Under the pieces are notes generated by a model. The model was given only the letters and a program-made list of their open reading frames with translations, was not told the origin of the DNA and did no database searches. Source: Minisyncoccia bacterium (GTDB lineage Bacteria; Patescibacteriota; Minisyncoccia; Phycocordibacterales; UBA5272). Taken from it: 64,000 bases of DNA. The position numbers and the translations under genes are program-made. Each line of letters begins with the position of its first letter. The stretch's first letter is position 1. Location: the NCBI GenBank assembly GCA_038256975.1, contig JBBSJU010000002.1:65064-129063 (forward strand). The letters run 5' to 3'. This document shows, in pieces, positions 62,594 to 64,000 of the stretch.

Positions 62594-63388
62594 CTACTTT
62601 GAAAACCAGGGAACGAAAGCGTTTGTTTTTCGTGTATACGTTTGATATTCAGAATTATTTCTATATTTTGCTTCAAGCATTGGTACACCTGAGACAAATC
62701 GTAAAAGAAAGGTAATGAGAATAGGACTTAAAAATACAATTGGCCAATACACAATACCCACTACCATGAGTGCCATTCCCCACCAAATGAGTGACTCCCC
62801 AAAGTAGTTTGGATGACGAGAATATTTCCAAAGTCCGGACTGCAGTATTGTTTCATTATCCTTTCTGTATTTCAAGAAAGTATCAAGCTCTTCATCACTA
62901 CGGGCTTCGAAGTAAAATCCAAGACAGAAAATAAAAAGTCCAAAAAGATTCAGCAATGAGAAAGATTCCGAAGAAAGCGTATTTGCAAAGATAATAGGAA
63001 GTCCTACTATACCGATGATAATTCCCTGGAGAAGATATATCTGCAAAATACTTCGAATATGAAAATAAAGTTTCCCGTATTTTGTCCAGGCATTTCTCCA
63101 CGTTTGATAGCGAAAATCTTCACCCTTATGTCTGTTACGTCGATAGATGCGAATAGAAAGCCGACTTCCCCACACTATCGTACAGAGTGTGATGATACTT
63201 GCGCGTAAATCTTGTGGAATATCTGAGCAAAAGTAGGTATATGTTGCGAGTGCAATAAAGCCTATTCCATAAGCAACATCCATAACAGAATTATCTTTCT
63301 TTGTGAGTGCGTAGAGCCATGTAGCTACGAGTACCACAGCTACGGCTTTCATTGAAAAAAGTACAATTTGAAGAAGTTCTATTTGCAT
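62594..63388 (-). CDS. ICMT/DUF1295-family membrane methyltransferase-like protein
   Basis: SGLWKYSRHPNYFGESLIWWGMAL C-terminal motif. Multiple TM helices. Confidence 0.6.
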   Translation of the reverse strand: MQIELLQIVLFSMKAVAVVLVATWLYALTKKDNSVMDVAYGIGFIALATYTYFCSDIPQDLRASIITLCTIVWGSRLSIRIYRRNRHKGEDFRYQTWRNAWTKYGKLYFHIRSILQIYLLQGIIIGIVGLPIIFANTLSSESFSLLNLFGLFIFCLGFYFEARSDEELDTFLKYRKDNETILQSGLWKYSRHPNYFGESLIWWGMALMVVGIVYWPIVFLSPILITFLLRFVSGVPMLEAKYRNNSEYQTYTRKTNAFVPWFSK

Positions 63389-63488
63389 GAATATATTTTA
63401 TCACGTACGGAAAGAAATTATTGTATTTATGGTGAGAAAACCACAAAAATACATTTAAATGCCAACATAAAATTATGGAATAGGTACA

Positions 63489-63516
63489 TTGACAAATATA
63501 CTAAATATGATATAAT
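63489..63516 (+). promoter_or_regulatory. consensus sigma70 promoter TTGACA-16-TATAAT
   Basis: TTGACA 63489-63494, TATAAT 63511-63516. GGAGG at 63573, just ahead of the ATG at 63580. Confidence 0.55.
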
Positions 63517-63579
63517 GCAAACAAGGCTAAAGAAAGCCTCGATCGTTGAAAACCCACATCAACTCGCGCCCGGAGGCGC

Positions 63580-64000
63580 ATGAAAATGACGACTTACAAG
63601 TATGAAGATGAGCATTGGAAAGCAGGTTGCAGTGTACTCTTTATGCATCTCGCAATCATCATCGTGGGCACCGCTATCCCCGTTTTGTGGTTTAGCTTGG
63701 ACGGCGACCTCTGCTTTCTGATTTCTATTGTGGGAGCACTTATACACTTTGTGATGAGAAGGAAGGAATTTCGTTTCGAAGTTCCTGAAAATTCCTCCTA
63801 TCTTGTGACATGGGACGAGAAGCTTTATGCTGCTGGTCCTGGGGTCTGGTGGAAAAGCATGGGTGCTGATGTCAAGGAAGACAATAAATTTTCGAAGGAA
63901 CGGAAACTGACTACTGGAAATGACACTATTCCTTGTAAGGATGGTGCACGTATTGAAGCAAAATACGGTATTCAGTGGTCTACGGTCGATGCAGCGATTT
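63580..64000 (+). CDS. membrane protein, possibly SPFH/band-7-like (3'-truncated by the window)
   Basis: MKMTTYKYEDEHW..., one TM helix, then TIPCKDGARIEAKYGIQWSTVD, which resembles the SPFH pattern. Open to the window end. Confidence 0.3.
   Translation, partial: MKMTTYKYEDEHWKAGCSVLFMHLAIIIVGTAIPVLWFSLDGDLCFLISIVGALIHFVMRRKEFRFEVPENSSYLVTWDEKLYAAGPGVWWKSMGADVKEDNKFSKERKLTTGNDTIPCKDGARIEAKYGIQWSTVDAAI

Noticed and set aside
1-64000. CRISPR arrays, rRNA genes, transposases/IS elements
   Set aside because: I scanned for short direct repeats with regular spacing, 16S/23S conserved blocks, and DDE or tyrosine-recombinase motifs. None were found in this window.

Overview
The window is 64 kb of low-GC DNA, around 40% by eye and not computed. 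It is gene-dense, the genes are small, and the housekeeping backbone resembles a reduced-genome, Patescibacteria/CPR-like bacterium; that lineage call is an inference from gene content only. Long ORFs are intact under the standard code, so TGA is a stop here.

The backbone covers six functional groups:
- tRNA modification and translation: tgt (partial), tsaD, trmD, trhO, pth, hisS, gatB and ribosomal proteins S21, S1, L21 and S16.
- Division and replication: ftsZ, ftsA, topA, dnaB, recR, parB and an SMC-like ATPase.
- Cell wall and envelope: murB, lepB, a DsbB/BdbC homologue and DoxX.
- Central metabolism: gap, rpiB, rpe, a split transketolase and yvcK.
- Stress, RNA turnover and DNA repair: rel, rnr, ogt.
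- Redox and transport: trxB and an ABC exporter.

Five tRNA genes are present: Ser(CGA), Glu(TTC), a second type-II Ser-like tRNA with an odd anticodon loop, Leu(TAG), and a decayed tRNA-Leu 5' fragment.

Several accessory features sit on this backbone:
1. An accessory tract bracketed by tRNAs (about 5.77-11.77 kb). It holds a HEPN-motif two-gene module, a tRNA-dependent cyclodipeptide synthase (CDPS) homologue, and a YfbR-like HD hydrolase, TspO and TfoX. It ends with a tRNA whose 3' end is repeated twice downstream, an att-like pattern pointing to serial integration.
2. Two short, sharply GC-rich islets (about 3.95-4.76 kb and 24.34-24.94 kb), each carrying its own small genes and hairpins.
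3. A repeated structured element of about 90 nt with covarying closing stems, sitting 20 nt downstream of the pth and gatB stop codons.
4. A candidate defence island (about 42.5-48.1 kb). It contains a Phd/Doc toxin-antitoxin pair with a promoter-overlapping operator, a Pif1/RecD-like helicase, and an EVE-DUF45(YgjP)-unknown operon. It also holds three consecutive candidate structured sRNAs, each with its own promoter and terminator and of unknown class.
5. An alternative-oxidase-like di-iron protein alongside other quinone-linked proteins (DsbB, DoxX).
6. A ybeY-like gene whose zinc motif is interrupted by in-frame stops, and a Tgt that lacks its zinc-binding cysteines.
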